NCBI GenBank assembly: GCA_963777955.1
Contig: CAVZSQ010000001.1
Location: 1 to 64,000, forward strand
Reading direction: 5' to 3'
Length of the DNA: 64,000 nt
DNA from: Calditrichia bacterium
GTDB lineage: Bacteria; Calditrichota; Calditrichia; JAJRVZ01
The notes beneath the pieces are model-generated. The model searched no databases and was not told where the DNA came from. It saw only the letters and a list, made by a program, of their open reading frames with translations. A program made the position numbers and the translations under genes. Below are positions 53,684-64,000 of this stretch, one piece after another (within the stretch, counting starts at the first letter, position 1; each line of letters begins with the position of its first letter).

Positions 53684-54633
53684 GTCCGACTCTGCAAATC
53701 CTGCTGATTGTGGTTGGGATTCTGATGGCGGTTATGACCGTAGCGGCCGCACTGATCTGGCTGGAACGGCGGCTGTTGGCCCTGTGGCAGGATCGTTATG
53801 GCCCGAACCGGGTGGGTCCTTTCGGCTTGATACAGGTGGTGGCGGATATGGTCAAGATTTTCTTTAAAGAAGACTGGGTGCCGCCATTTGCCGATAAACC
53901 GGTTTTTATCCTGGCCCCGGCCATTATCATGATCACGGTGCTGATGAGTTTCGCGGTAATCCCTTTTGCCCCTGATCTGTATGTGGTCGATCTGAATATC
54001 GGTTTATTGTTTTTCCTGGGCTTGTCATCACTGGGCGTGTACAGCCTGGTACTGGCCGGCTGGGCTTCCAATAATAAGTATTCGCTGCTGGGCGGTCTGC
54101 GGGCCGCGGCCCAGATGATGGCTTATGAAGTTTTCATGGGTCTGTCGCTGCTGGGTGTGGTAATGCTGGCTGGTACGTTCAGTTTACGGGGGATTGTCGA
54201 AGCACAACGGGAGATCTGGTTCATCGTTCCGCAGTTTCTGGGATTCATTATATTTTTGCTGGCGGGTATCGCCGAAACCCATCGTTTACCGTTTGATATT
54301 CCTGAAGCGGAAAGCGAAATCATCGCCGGTTTTCACTCCGAATATTCGGGATTGAAATTCGGTATGTTCTTTGTAGGGGAATATCTTGGCGTGACACTTA
54401 TTTCGGCTATGACCGCCACTCTGTTTCTGGGGGGTTGGCTGGGACCTGACTTTTTACCCCCCTGGACCTGGTTCATGCTGAAAACTTTTATTTTTATTGT
54501 GTTATTTATTTTATTGCGTGCCGGTTTACCCCGGCCGCGCTATGACCAGTTAATGGTTTTAGGTTGGAAAGTTTTACTACCACTGTCCCTGTTGAATATT
54601 CTGGTTACCGGTGCTATTGTTTTAGCCGGATAA
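53680..54633 (+). CDS. nuoH: NADH-quinone oxidoreductase subunit H
   Basis: [37 protein letters not shown]. Confidence 0.96.
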   Translation: MSPTLQILLIVVGILMAVMTVAAALIWLERRLLALWQDRYGPNRVGPFGLIQVVADMVKIFFKEDWVPPFADKPVFILAPAIIMITVLMSFAVIPFAPDLYVVDLNIGLLFFLGLSSLGVYSLVLAGWASNNKYSLLGGLRAAAQMMAYEVFMGLSLLGVVMLAGTFSLRGIVEAQREIWFIVPQFLGFIIFLLAGIAETHRLPFDIPEAESEIIAGFHSEYSGLKFGMFFVGEYLGVTLISAMTATLFLGGWLGPDFLPPWTWFMLKTFIFIVLFILLRAGLPRPRYDQLMVLGWKVLLPLSLLNILVTGAIVLAG

Positions 54634-54689
54634 AATTGCGGGAAAAAATGAGTTATGAAAAGATTGATATATAGCACAGAGATAATCGC

Positions 54690-55205
54690 ATGATCAGTAT
54701 TCTGCACAGTCTGTGGCTGGCCTTTCTGCATATGTTTCGCCGCAGGGTGACAGTTCAGTATCCTGATGAGAAAATGGCGCTGCCGGCGCGCTGGCGCGGA
54801 CGCATTATTCTCACCCGTGATCCGGATGGCCAGGAACGCTGTGTGGCCTGTTATTTGTGTTCCACGGCCTGCCCGGTTGATTGCATCGCTCTGCAGGCTA
54901 CCGAGGACGAACACGGACGACGTTATCCGGAATTTTTCCGCATTAATTTTTCGCGCTGTATATTCTGCGGATACTGTGAAGAAGCCTGTCCCACCTATGC
55001 GATTCAACTGATTCCCGATTACGAAATGGCCGAATACAACCGGCAGAACCTGGTCTATGAAAAAGAAAACCTGCTGGTCGACGGCACAGGTAAATATCAT
55101 GATTATAATTTCTACCGTGTTGCCGGACTGGCCATCGGTGGAAAGGAGAAGGGCACGGCGGAAAGGGAAGATCCGCCGCTGGATGTGAAGGATTTAATGC
55201 CATAA
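54690..55205 (+). CDS. nuoI: NADH-quinone oxidoreductase subunit I
   Basis: [12 protein letters not shown] and [12 protein letters not shown]. Confidence 0.96.
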   Translation: MISILHSLWLAFLHMFRRRVTVQYPDEKMALPARWRGRIILTRDPDGQERCVACYLCSTACPVDCIALQATEDEHGRRYPEFFRINFSRCIFCGYCEEACPTYAIQLIPDYEMAEYNRQNLVYEKENLLVDGTGKYHDYNFYRVAGLAIGGKEKGTAEREDPPLDVKDLMP

Positions 55206-55206
55206 T

Positions 55207-55716
55207 ATGGAAATAACATTTTATATTGCAGCGCTAGTCGCGATTATCGCCACGATCATGGTCATCACCCGGCTTAATGCCGTGCATGCATTGTTGTACC
55301 TGATTTTGTCTCTGCTGGCGATTGCGGTTATATTCTTTGTGAGCGGGGCACCCTTCGTCGCCGCCCTGGAAGTGATCATTTATGCCGGGGCCATCATGGT
55401 TTTATTCGTATTCGTGGTGATGATGCTCAACCTGGGCAAATCTTCGATCAGCCAGGAGAACCAGTGGCTGTCGGCCAGGAGTTGGATTGGTCCGGGGATT
55501 CTGGCTTTAATTCTGATCGTGGAATTGGTTTATATCCTGTTGACACTTCGTTCAGCCCGTCCGCAAGGAACGATAATCGGGCCGAAGGAGGTTGGTACTT
55601 CTCTGTTTAGTGTATATATCATCGGTGTGGAATTGGCAGCCATGCTGTTGTTAGCCGGCATGGTGGGTGCTTACCATCTGGGAAAAAGAAAAAACAAACT
55701 ACACACCGGTTTATGA
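55207..55716 (+). CDS. nuoJ: NADH-quinone oxidoreductase subunit J
   Basis: [21 protein letters not shown]. Confidence 0.95.
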   Translation: MEITFYIAALVAIIATIMVITRLNAVHALLYLILSLLAIAVIFFVSGAPFVAALEVIIYAGAIMVLFVFVVMMLNLGKSSISQENQWLSARSWIGPGILALILIVELVYILLTLRSARPQGTIIGPKEVGTSLFSVYIIGVELAAMLLLAGMVGAYHLGKRKNKLHTGL

Positions 55717-55729
55717 GCGGGGAGGCGCA

Positions 55730-56038
55730 ATGATTGAAATTCCCATTGCCCATGGTTTGATCCTGGCCGCAATTTTATTCACTCTGGGCTTGATCGGTGT
55801 GCTGGTACGCAGAAATATTGTTTTTATACTGATGTCGATAGAAATAATGTTTAATGCTGCCGGATTGGCCTTTGTCCTGGGTGGTTCACGCTGGATGCAG
55901 GCTGATGGGCAGGTGATGTTCATTTTTATTCTGGCGGTCGCTGCGGCGGAAGTCGCAGTCGGCCTGGCCCTGATCCTGCAGATCTATCAGAGATTCAAAA
56001 CTCTGGATGCAGATGCTCTGAGTAAAATGAGAGGCTGA
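55730..56038 (+). CDS. nuoK: NADH-quinone oxidoreductase subunit K
   Basis: [29 protein letters not shown]. Confidence 0.95.
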   Translation: MIEIPIAHGLILAAILFTLGLIGVLVRRNIVFILMSIEIMFNAAGLAFVLGGSRWMQADGQVMFIFILAVAAAEVAVGLALILQIYQRFKTLDADALSKMRG

Positions 56039-56039
56039 G

Positions 56040-57933
56040 ATGCTTGCCTGGTTGTGGCTGATTCCTGTATTACCCTTGATCGGTTTTCTGCTGCTGGTAT
56101 TTTTTGGCTCTAAATTATCAAAGCAGGGTGTAGCCATTATTGGCGTTGGCTCCATCGGGATCTCGGCAGTAATAACAATCCTGATCACCTATTCTTTTAT
56201 TAGCAGTCCTCCGGTTAATTATCAATTCAGCCAGGTGTTATGGACCTGGGTATCGGTTTCCGATTTCGCGCCGGCCCTGGCATTCTATCTTGATCCACTG
56301 GCTCTGATCTTCATGCTGGTCATCACCTTTGTCGGATTCCTGATCCATCTTTATTCAACCGAATACATGGCCGCTGAGGAGGGTTACAGCCGGTTCTTTG
56401 CTTATATGAATCTGTTCATCGGATCGATGCTGATCCTGGTACTGGGGGATAATCTGCTGCTGCTTTATCTTGGCTGGGAAGGGGTCGGCCTGTGCAGTTA
56501 TCTGCTGATCGGTTTCTGGTACAAAGATCCTCTAAACGGTTATGCCGCGCGAAAAGCATTTGTGGTTACCAGGGTTGGTGATACGGCCATGGCGGTGGGA
56601 TTGTTCATTTTGTATTCGACCCTGGGTACACTTAATATACAAACCATTTTAGCACAAGCTTCATTGCATTGGGTAGTGGGGTCGTCATTGGCCATTACCA
56701 CGGCTGCTTTATTATTAGGCGGGGCAGTGGGGAAGTCGGCACAGTTGCCGTTACAGACCTGGCTGCCGGACGCCATGGCCGGTCCGACTCCGGTCAGTGC
56801 CTTAATCCATGCAGCCACCATGGTTACGGCGGGTGTATATCTTATTGCCCGCATGAATGTAATGTTTACCCTGGCTCCGCTGGTGCAGCTGATTGTGGCT
56901 ATTGTGGGTGCGCTGACTTTGCTGCTGGCCGGATTCAGCGCCCTGGTTCAAACCGATATTAAACGTGTTCTGGCCTATTCAACCATCAGTCAGATTGGCT
57001 ACATGTTCCTGGCACTGGGGGTGGGTGCCTGGGCTGCGGGAATATTTCACTTCATGACCCATGCCTTCTTTAAAGCCTTGCTGTTCCTGGGTGCCGGAGC
57101 GATTATTATCGCCCTGCACCATGAGCAGAACATGTTTAAAATGGGCGGACTGAAAAAATTACTGCCGGTTACTTACTGGACCTTTCTGATCGGGTCAGCT
57201 TCGCTGGTGGCTTTGCCGCTGGTCACGGCCGGATTTTACAGTAAAGATATGATTTTATGGTACTAGCTGGTCTTCTGAAAAAGGGGCCTGGTGGTTATGG
57301 ACCATGGGAATTCTGGGTGCGTTCATGACCGCTGTCTATACCTTTCGTATGGTTTTCATAACCTTTTACGGTGAAGTCAAAACACCGGTCCATCATCCCC
57401 CCGGCCAGCGGATAAAAATTCCACTGATTATTCTGGCTGTACTTTCTGTCGCCGGAGGATTCCTGGATTTGCCGCATAACCTGGGGCACGTGACCATCTT
57501 CTCGGATTTTATTCAGAAAGTTCTCCCAGCCGTAAGAAGTCATGAAGTAGAGGCCAGTGTTGAGACAATGTTTCAGATTATTTCAGCGTTTATAACCTTT
57601 GCTGGAATTTACCTGGCCTATTGGCTATACCTGAAAAATCCAAATTATATACAAAAATTGTCGCAGGCTAAACCGGTTGCTTTGCTTAAAAAGTACTGGC
57701 ATTCCGGCTGGGGATTTGACTGGCTGTATGACCGTCTGTTTGTCCTGCCCTTGCTGTGGCTGGCGGCAATAAATAAACGGGACTTTATTGATCTGGGCTA
57801 TAGCGGTATCGCCTGGCTCAATCGTAAATCCAATGAAATTCTGGTGCGTACTCAGACCGGCCAGTTGCGCTGGTATGCTATGGGACTGGTCCTGGGTGCG
57901 GTGATCCTGTTAATGATTGTGGTGTGGCTATGA
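56040..57933 (+). CDS. nuoL: NADH-quinone oxidoreductase subunit L (+1 frameshift near 57264)
   Basis: GWEGVGLCSY, GKSAQLPL.TWLPDAMAGPTPVSALIHAATM, GFYSKD; ORF 57304 supplies the C-terminus. Confidence 0.94.
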
Positions 57934-59447
57934 TATTAATCTGGTTAATCACCATTCTGTTATGCGGCGGGCTGCTGGCCTGGATTGCCGGCCGCTGGAG
58001 TTCCAGTTTACCGCGCTGGATTTCATTGCTGGCGGTTATTGGTGTGGCGATCCTGAGTATCTGGATCTGGATTGATAATAATAACCAGCCTGTTTTAAAT
58101 ACTGATAGTAACTGGTGGATAGAAATCAATTGGGAATGGTTGCCGCAGTTTGGTATCAATTTTCATCTGGCCCTGGACGGCCTGAGTCTGCTGCTGATTG
58201 TACTGACTTCATTCTTAGGCATATTATCTGTTCTGACTTCCTGGACAGAGATCCAGTCTAAAATCGGTTTTTTCCATTTTAATTTACTGTGGATCCTGGC
58301 CGGGATCACAGGGGTATTCCTGGCCATGGACCTGTTTTTATTTTACTTTTTCTGGGAAGTCATGTTGATACCGATGTATTTTCTGATCGGGATCTGGGGG
58401 CATGAGAACCGTATTTATGCAGCCATAAAATTCTTTATCTTTACCCAGGCCAGCGGTCTGCTGATGCTGCTGTCAATATTAGGTTTGTATTTCATCCACG
58501 GCCGCCTGACCGGCATTTATACATTTGATTATAATCATCTGCTGGATACGATGATTGAACCCGGGGCGGCCCGCTGGTTAATGTCGGGTTTCCTGATCGC
58601 TTTCCTGGTAAAGTTGCCAGCGGTGCCCCTGCATACCTGGTTACCCGATGCTCATACCGAAGCGCCGACAGCGGGAAGCGTCATCCTGGCCGGATTACTG
58701 CTTAAAACCGGGGCCTACGGTTTATTGAGGTTTGTTGTACCGTTATTTCCCCAGGCTGCTGTCGATATAGCACCTGTGGCCATGATACTGGGGGTAATCG
58801 GTATTTTGTATGGCGCCAAACTGGCGTTCGCGCAAACCGATATGAAAAGGATGGTGGCCTATACCAGTGTCAGTCATATGGGTTTTATTTTGCTGGGTGT
58901 CTTCGCTTTTAACGAACTGGCTTTGCAGGGTGTAGTACTGCAGATTATTACGCATGGCATCAGTACCGGGGCGCTGTTTATAATTGCCGGGATGATGAAA
59001 GAGCGGCTGCACACCCGCGACATGCAGCAGATGGGCGGCCTGTGGGAAAATGTTCCGCGTCTGGCCGGTGTTTCCATGTTGTTTGCCATGGCCTCCCTGG
59101 GCTTACCGGGACTGGGCAATTTTATTGCTGAAATGCTGGTACTGTTCGGCGCATATATGGCGGACAAAATGATAACGATAATCGCTACGGCCGGCTTGAT
59201 TGCCTCGACTTTATATGCACTCTGGTTTATACAGCAGGTTTTTCATGGACCTAAAAAGCAGGATTATAAAGTCAGGGATCTGAACCTGCGCGAGATGGTG
59301 ATCATGGTTCTGATGATAGCGGTGATTGTCTGGCTGGGCTTGTATCCACAGCCGGTCCTCGAAACGGCAAAACCGGTATTACAGCAGATACAGAAAGTTG
59401 TCGTTGCTTCAACCGCAGCCATTCCGGGGAGGGGAAGCAGTGAATAG
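57930..59447 (+). CDS. nuoM: NADH-quinone oxidoreductase subunit M
   Basis: LDGLS, FWEVMLIPM, HTWLPDAHTEAPTAGS; ATGA overlap with nuoL. Confidence 0.95.
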   Translation: MILIWLITILLCGGLLAWIAGRWSSSLPRWISLLAVIGVAILSIWIWIDNNNQPVLNTDSNWWIEINWEWLPQFGINFHLALDGLSLLLIVLTSFLGILSVLTSWTEIQSKIGFFHFNLLWILAGITGVFLAMDLFLFYFFWEVMLIPMYFLIGIWGHENRIYAAIKFFIFTQASGLLMLLSILGLYFIHGRLTGIYTFDYNHLLDTMIEPGAARWLMSGFLIAFLVKLPAVPLHTWLPDAHTEAPTAGSVILAGLLLKTGAYGLLRFVVPLFPQAAVDIAPVAMILGVIGILYGAKLAFAQTDMKRMVAYTSVSHMGFILLGVFAFNELALQGVVLQIITHGISTGALFIIAGMMKERLHTRDMQQMGGLWENVPRLAGVSMLFAMASLGLPGLGNFIAEMLVLFGAYMADKMITIIATAGLIASTLYALWFIQQVFHGPKKQDYKVRDLNLREMVIMVLMIAVIVWLGLYPQPVLETAKPVLQQIQKVVVASTAAIPGRGSSE

Positions 59448-60917
59448 TACGATGCTCAGCGCTCTGCTGCCCTTAATTATCCTGGCCGCCGGTGCGATTC
59501 TTATTATGCTGGTTATCGCCATCAAGCGTAATCATACCCTCAGTTTCATTGTCTGCACTATTGTGCTGGTTACAGGTTTGGGTTCACTTTTCTTTATTTA
59601 GACATGGTGCCGCAGGTGATAGCTCCGCTGGTGATCGTCGATTCCTATGCACTATTTTATATCGGACTCATTCTGCTTTCTACCCTGGCTATTGCATTTT
59701 TGTCGTATGATTATTTGCGCAAGGTGGAAGGGGAACACGAGGAGTATTATCTGTTGCTGTTACTGGCTGCACTTGGGTCAGCTGTATTGGTTGTCAGCCA
59801 GCATTTTGTTATGCTGTTTCTGGGCCTGGAAATATTGAGTGTCTCGCTCTATATATTAATTTCATATTTATATCAACGCGGGCAGTGTATAGAGGCGGGA
59901 GTGAAGTACCTGATCCTGGCTGCGGCTTCTTCTGCTTTCCTGCTTTTTGGCATGGCGCTGATCTATAATGCCACCGGAACCATGGAATTTGGATTAATTC
60001 CCCGGCGTCTGGCTATCACCGGGGCAGGATCGCTGCTGGTCTTCAGCGGCCTGGCCCTGATGCTGGTTGGTATAGGCTTTAAACTGGCCGTGGTGCCTTT
60101 TCACATGTGGACGCCCGATGTATATCAGGGTGCACCAGCGCCGGTTACCGCCTTTATTGCCACGATTTCAAAAGGGGGGATGTTTGCCCTGATCCTGAGA
60201 TTCTTTATCACTTTTGATATTTATAAGTATGATGTTTTGCTGTTGATTTTTTCGATCATTGCTGTTGCTTCCATGTTTACCGGCAATTGGCTGGCTTTAC
60301 AGCAGCAGAATGTCAAACGGATTCTGGCCTACTCTTCCATTGCGCATCTCGGTTATCTGCTGGTGGCTTTTCTGGCCGGACGCAAGTTTGCAGTCCCGGC
60401 GGCAACTTTTTACCTGGCAGCCTATTTTATGACCACGATTGCTGCATTTGGAATTGTGTCGGTTCTTTCCGGCAGGGAAGGGGAGGCCGATGATCTTCAG
60501 GACTATCACGGACTTTACTGGCGCCATCCCTGGCTGGCGGCGATTTTCACCGCTGCTTTGTTTTCATTGTCGGGAATTCCACTGACTGCCGGATTTGTCG
60601 GTAAATTTTACGTGTTGATTGCCGGTGTTCATTCTTCATTGTGGTGGCTGGTAGTAATACTGGTGATAAATAGTGCAATTGGTTTGTACTATTATCTGCG
60701 TATCGTGGTGGCTATGTTCACTCCAGTTGGGCCGGGAGAAAAGTTAAACAATATACCAAGTGCTGGTGTATCCCTGGCCGGTAGTGTAGTACTGGCAGTC
60801 ATGATGCTTTTACTGCTAGGCCTGGGAGTTTATCCTTTCCAGTTGATCGATCTCATCCAATCAATCGGTTCCAGTCTCGATAATACTGTTATAGAGTCAA
60901 TTCAATCTATACCCTGA
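59440..60917 (+). CDS. nuoN: NADH-quinone oxidoreductase subunit N (-1 frameshift near 59597)
   Basis: GTG start MNSTMLSALLP joins ORF 59604; EAGVKY, FKLAVVPFHMWTPDVYQGAP, YYYLR. Confidence 0.93.
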
Positions 60918-61035
60918 GTACTTTATTTATTTATTGTAGAGAGAGAATATTTTTTTTTGAAATACAGTTATATTAATATATCTTCTAATTGTTGGTCTAT
61001 AAATTTTAAAAAAAGATGTTTCAAAAGTATCAATT

Positions 61036-61191
61036 TGTCATTCTGAATCCCGATTCGACTGACGGGCGCCTCACCTGCGGCAGGAAAGCGAATCGGGATG
61101 AAGGATCTTCATCTTATTAAAATTAACAGATTCTTCCTCGTCCCAACCTGTCTGCCGCCAGGCAGGTAAATCAGGACTCGTCAGAATGACA
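61036..61191. mobile_element. MITE/REP-like element with 11-bp terminal inverted repeats and nested palindromes
   Basis: TGTCATTCTGA/TCAGAATGACA; inner ATCCCGATTCG/CGAATCGGGAT; CCTGCGGCAGG; ACCTGTCTG..CAGGCAGGT. Confidence 0.6.
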
Positions 61192-61236
61192 CTCTGGAGA
61201 GAGTTCGAATAGGTTTTTAGTAAAAATGGAGGGTCT

Positions 61237-61677
61237 ATGAAAGTTAGCGAAATCTTGACAAATAAAGGTCCGCAGGTGGTCACCATCTGGGAAGAGAAAA
61301 CCATACAGGAATCCATAGATCTGATGGTGCAGAATAAAATCGGCGCCTTGATGGTAATTAATGCCGAGGGTAAGCTCATCGGAATCATCACTGAAAGGGA
61401 TATTTTGCGGGCTTATCATGCTCATCCCGATGCCGCCGGTGAACTGTCGGTAAAGGAAATCATGACCCGCAAGGTGATTATTGGCAATAAGGACGATACC
61501 CTGGAATATGTGGAAAGCGTGATGACTGAAAACCGCGTGCGCCACCTGCCGATTATTTCCGAAAAACGCCTGGTCGGGATCATTTCGATCGGGGATGTAG
61601 TCAAAGCTTTAAGTAAAGAGTCCAAGAGCGAGAACCGCTATCTGAAGGATTTTATTGAAGGGAAGCATATGGGATGA
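61237..61677 (+). CDS. CBS domain pair protein
   Basis: IGALMV..GIITERD, RVRHLPI..GIISIGDVVK. Confidence 0.92.
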   Translation: MKVSEILTNKGPQVVTIWEEKTIQESIDLMVQNKIGALMVINAEGKLIGIITERDILRAYHAHPDAAGELSVKEIMTRKVIIGNKDDTLEYVESVMTENRVRHLPIISEKRLVGIISIGDVVKALSKESKSENRYLKDFIEGKHMG

Positions 61678-61735
61678 CCCTCCCCAAGCCCCTCCCTGTT
61701 CGCTTCTTGGCGAACAGGGAGGGGTAGGGGTGGGT
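61677..61735. repeat. Nested GC-rich palindrome (REP-like), same type as 20504
   Basis: CCCCTCCCTGTTCGC/GCGAACAGGGAGGGG inside ACCCTCCCC...GGGGTGGGT. Confidence 0.7.
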
Positions 61736-61867
61736 TTTACCCTTAAACTTTTACAAAACTTTTACAATTAACCTATCACAAATCTCCTATTTTTAATTGC
61801 TGCCTGTTTGTTCATCAAACCGGACTGCCCGCGGTGTTCTGTTTTCAGAAAAATATAAAGGGGGACC

Positions 61868-63016
61868 ATGCCAATGAATTCGACACAGATGCCCAAATTA
61901 TTTATTAATGGATTTACAATTGACAGGCCGATCATCCAGGGGGGTATGGGAGTTGGAATCTCCATGTCCGGCCTGGCTTCAGCGGTAGCAAATGAAAACG
62001 GCATCGGGGTTATTTCTTCGGTCGGCCTGGGGTTGCTCGAAGCGAAATCGCTGCAAACCTACAGGGAGGAAAATAAGACAATCCTTGCGCCGGGAAATTC
62101 ACAAGGCGCGTATCCTGAGCAACGGAGTGTTGGGATTAAATATTATGGTGGCAGTTGCAGATTATGATGAATTGGTTAAAATTGCTTTTGATGAAGAGAT
62201 TGATATTGTATTTCTGGGAGCAGGACTGCCTTTAAAATTTCCAAAAGAAATATCGCCCGACCGCTTAAAGCATGCCCATACCAGGGTAGGGGTTATTGTG
62301 TCTTCGGCGCGGGCCACCAATATAATTTTTCAATCCTGGAAAAAGAATTATGACCACGTCCCGGATCTGGTTGTTGTGGAAGGTCCCATGGCCGGAGGTC
62401 ATCTGGGCTTTAAAAAAGAGCAAATTGATGATCCTGATTATAAACTGGAAAAATTGATCCCGGAAGTGCTGAGCGTGGTCAGCCGGTATGAAGACCAGGT
62501 TGAAAGGATCATTCCGGTGATTGCTGCTGGCGGATATTTTCACGCGGTGCCGATATTTACAAATTTTTAAGTTTAGGGGCACAGGGTGTACAAATGGCAA
62601 CACGATTCGTGGCGACTCATGAATGTGATGCCTCTGTACAGTTCAAGCAATCCTATCTCGACTGTAAAAAAGAGGATCTTATAATAATTCAAAGTCCGGT
62701 GGGATTACCGGGCCGGGCCATTCGTAATAAATTTTTGGATGAAGTATCGGCAGGGGAAAGGAAACCGTTTAAATGTCCGTGGCAATGCCTGAAAACCTGT
62801 GACTTCCGGGAAGTACCTTACTGTATCGCCCAGGCCTTAAAGAATGCCCGACAGGGTAAGCTGGAAGAGGGATACACCTTTGCCGGCTCGAATGCGTACC
62901 GGGTTAATGAAATAATTTCGGTAAAAGAACTATTCCAGGCCCTGGAGCAGGAATATGCCCAGGCCGTTTATTATAATTCGCTGCAACCAACTGTCGAGGT
63001 AGGTATTCCCGGTTAA
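61868..63016 (+). CDS. Nitronate monooxygenase/FabK-like flavoprotein (frameshifts near 62083 and 62535-62546)
   Basis: PIIQGGMGVGIS, GAGLP, VEGPMAGGHLG, IAAGG, QMATRF..ECDAS, SPVGLPGRA across three ORFs. Confidence 0.85.
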
Positions 63017-63080
63017 TCCGACAGGAGAATAATCTATATTCCAAAAAGTTATCATTATTCGATTCAAGACTTGACTAAAT

Positions 63081-63130
63081 TGGTAATTGGTAATTGGGTT
63101 TTTGGAATTTGGTTATTGGAATTTGGATTT
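63081..63130 (+). repeat. TGGTAAT/TGGAATT heptamer tandem repeat
   Basis: tggtaat tggtaat tgggttt t tggaatt tggttat tggaatt tggattt. Confidence 0.7.
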
Positions 63131-63425
63131 TGAGATCAGTATCTTGACTAGCGTACATAACAATATATCTTCATAATTTTAGGCCCAAATTATTAATTTC
63201 TTGACTTCTTTAAGCAGGATTTTTATTTTTATTTGCATAATATAATCTGTTAGGGATTGTACTTATCCTGCCCTAGGTAATTGGAGCAGTCTTTTATACT
63301 AATCTATAGAAGTTGTAATAATTAGTCTTAATCAATGGATTGCGGATTAGGTTTTTCATAGAAGCAGTAGAGATAAATAAAAACCGATACAGTTATAAGA
63401 TTCATCGCTGCCCTGAAGAAAAATA

Positions 63426-64000
63426 ATGGCAAAAATTCAAATCATATTGATTGAAGACAACCGACTGCTGCGGGAAGGCATCGCCGCCATGCTGAACAAT
63501 CATGGTGATTTTAAAGTCGTTGCGCGATCTGAAGATGGTGATGCGTTACGTCAGTTAAAGAGCCTGGGTCATCCCCCCGATATTGTCCTTTTGGATCTGG
63601 GTCTGGAAAAAGCAAACAGCTTGAGGCTGATGGCCCTGCTTCAGGAAGAATTACCCGCGGCAAAGATCATCGCGATGGATATCCTCCCCGAACACGTCGA
63701 CCTTGTCGAGTTTGTGAAAGCCGGCGGATCCGGATTCATTCTTAAAAACGCCCCGGTGAAAGATTGGATCGAAACGATCAAGACCGTTGCAACGGGAGCA
63801 AAAGTACTACCCCCGGTTTTGACCCAATCACTCTTCACACAGATTGTAGAGTTAGCCCTCAAGAACGGCAAAGAGATACCCGCCGACTCAATCCAGTTTA
63901 CGAATCGGGAACGTGAAGTCGTCGACCTGATTGCGCAAGGCCTGAGCAACAAAGAAATCGCTGAATCACTCCACATCGCCACCTATACCGTCAAGAGCCA
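63426..64000 (+). CDS. NarL/LuxR-family response regulator (3'-partial; absent from the ORF track)
   Basis: MAKIQIILIEDNRLLREGI..PDIVLLDL..GFILK..FTNREREVVDLIAQGLSNKEIAESLHIATYTVKS. Confidence 0.92.
   Translation, partial: MAKIQIILIEDNRLLREGIAAMLNNHGDFKVVARSEDGDALRQLKSLGHPPDIVLLDLGLEKANSLRLMALLQEELPAAKIIAMDILPEHVDLVEFVKAGGSGFILKNAPVKDWIETIKTVATGAKVLPPVLTQSLFTQIVELALKNGKEIPADSIQFTNREREVVDLIAQGLSNKEIAESLHIATYTVKS

Noticed and set aside
61190..61236. CTCTGGAGAG resembling the start of a glycine riboswitch
   Set aside because: The downstream conserved elements are absent and the space before the CBS gene is too short
61745..61766. AAACTTTTACA direct repeat upstream of the NMO-family gene
   Set aside because: Only two AT-rich copies with no second site in the window; could be chance or slippage

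Overview
64-kb window from an FCB-group bacterium. T9SS-type 'QNYPNPFNP' C-terminal sorting domains suggest an Ignavibacteria/KSB1/Calditrichota-like organism (inference only). Five blocks. (1) About 1-32 kb is a pectin/galacturonan utilisation locus: CTD-bearing secreted proteins, two ExuT-like MFS transporters, proC, a membrane-anchored wHTH regulator, eda, GH105, PL1, a TonB-dependent receptor without SusD, GH28, DUF4861, CE8, a CE12 remnant and kduI/kduD. It ends with a LacI-led operon uxaC-uxaE-SDR-gnd-LarA-family-PfkA-like(PPi type)-HAD that lacks any dehydratase or gluconate kinase. (2) 32-35.8 kb holds a minus-strand outer-membrane beta-barrel gene followed by five tandem lipoprotein paralogues sharing an invariant post-cysteine peptide (CAQWGGDNPLGITGGS) and divergent C-terminal beta domains, the most unexplained system here. 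(3) kup. (4) A Cus-type RND metal efflux cluster preceded by a Cys-rich leader ORF and followed by two Met/His-rich proteins. (5) A complete E. coli-type nuoA-N operon, a CBS protein, a nitronate-monooxygenase-family gene and a partial NarL-type regulator. Eleven genes carry single-base indels that look like long-read assembly errors. Intergenic regions hold heptamer tandem repeats and nested palindromic REP/MITE-like elements. No rRNA, tRNA, CRISPR array, transposase or integrase was recognised.
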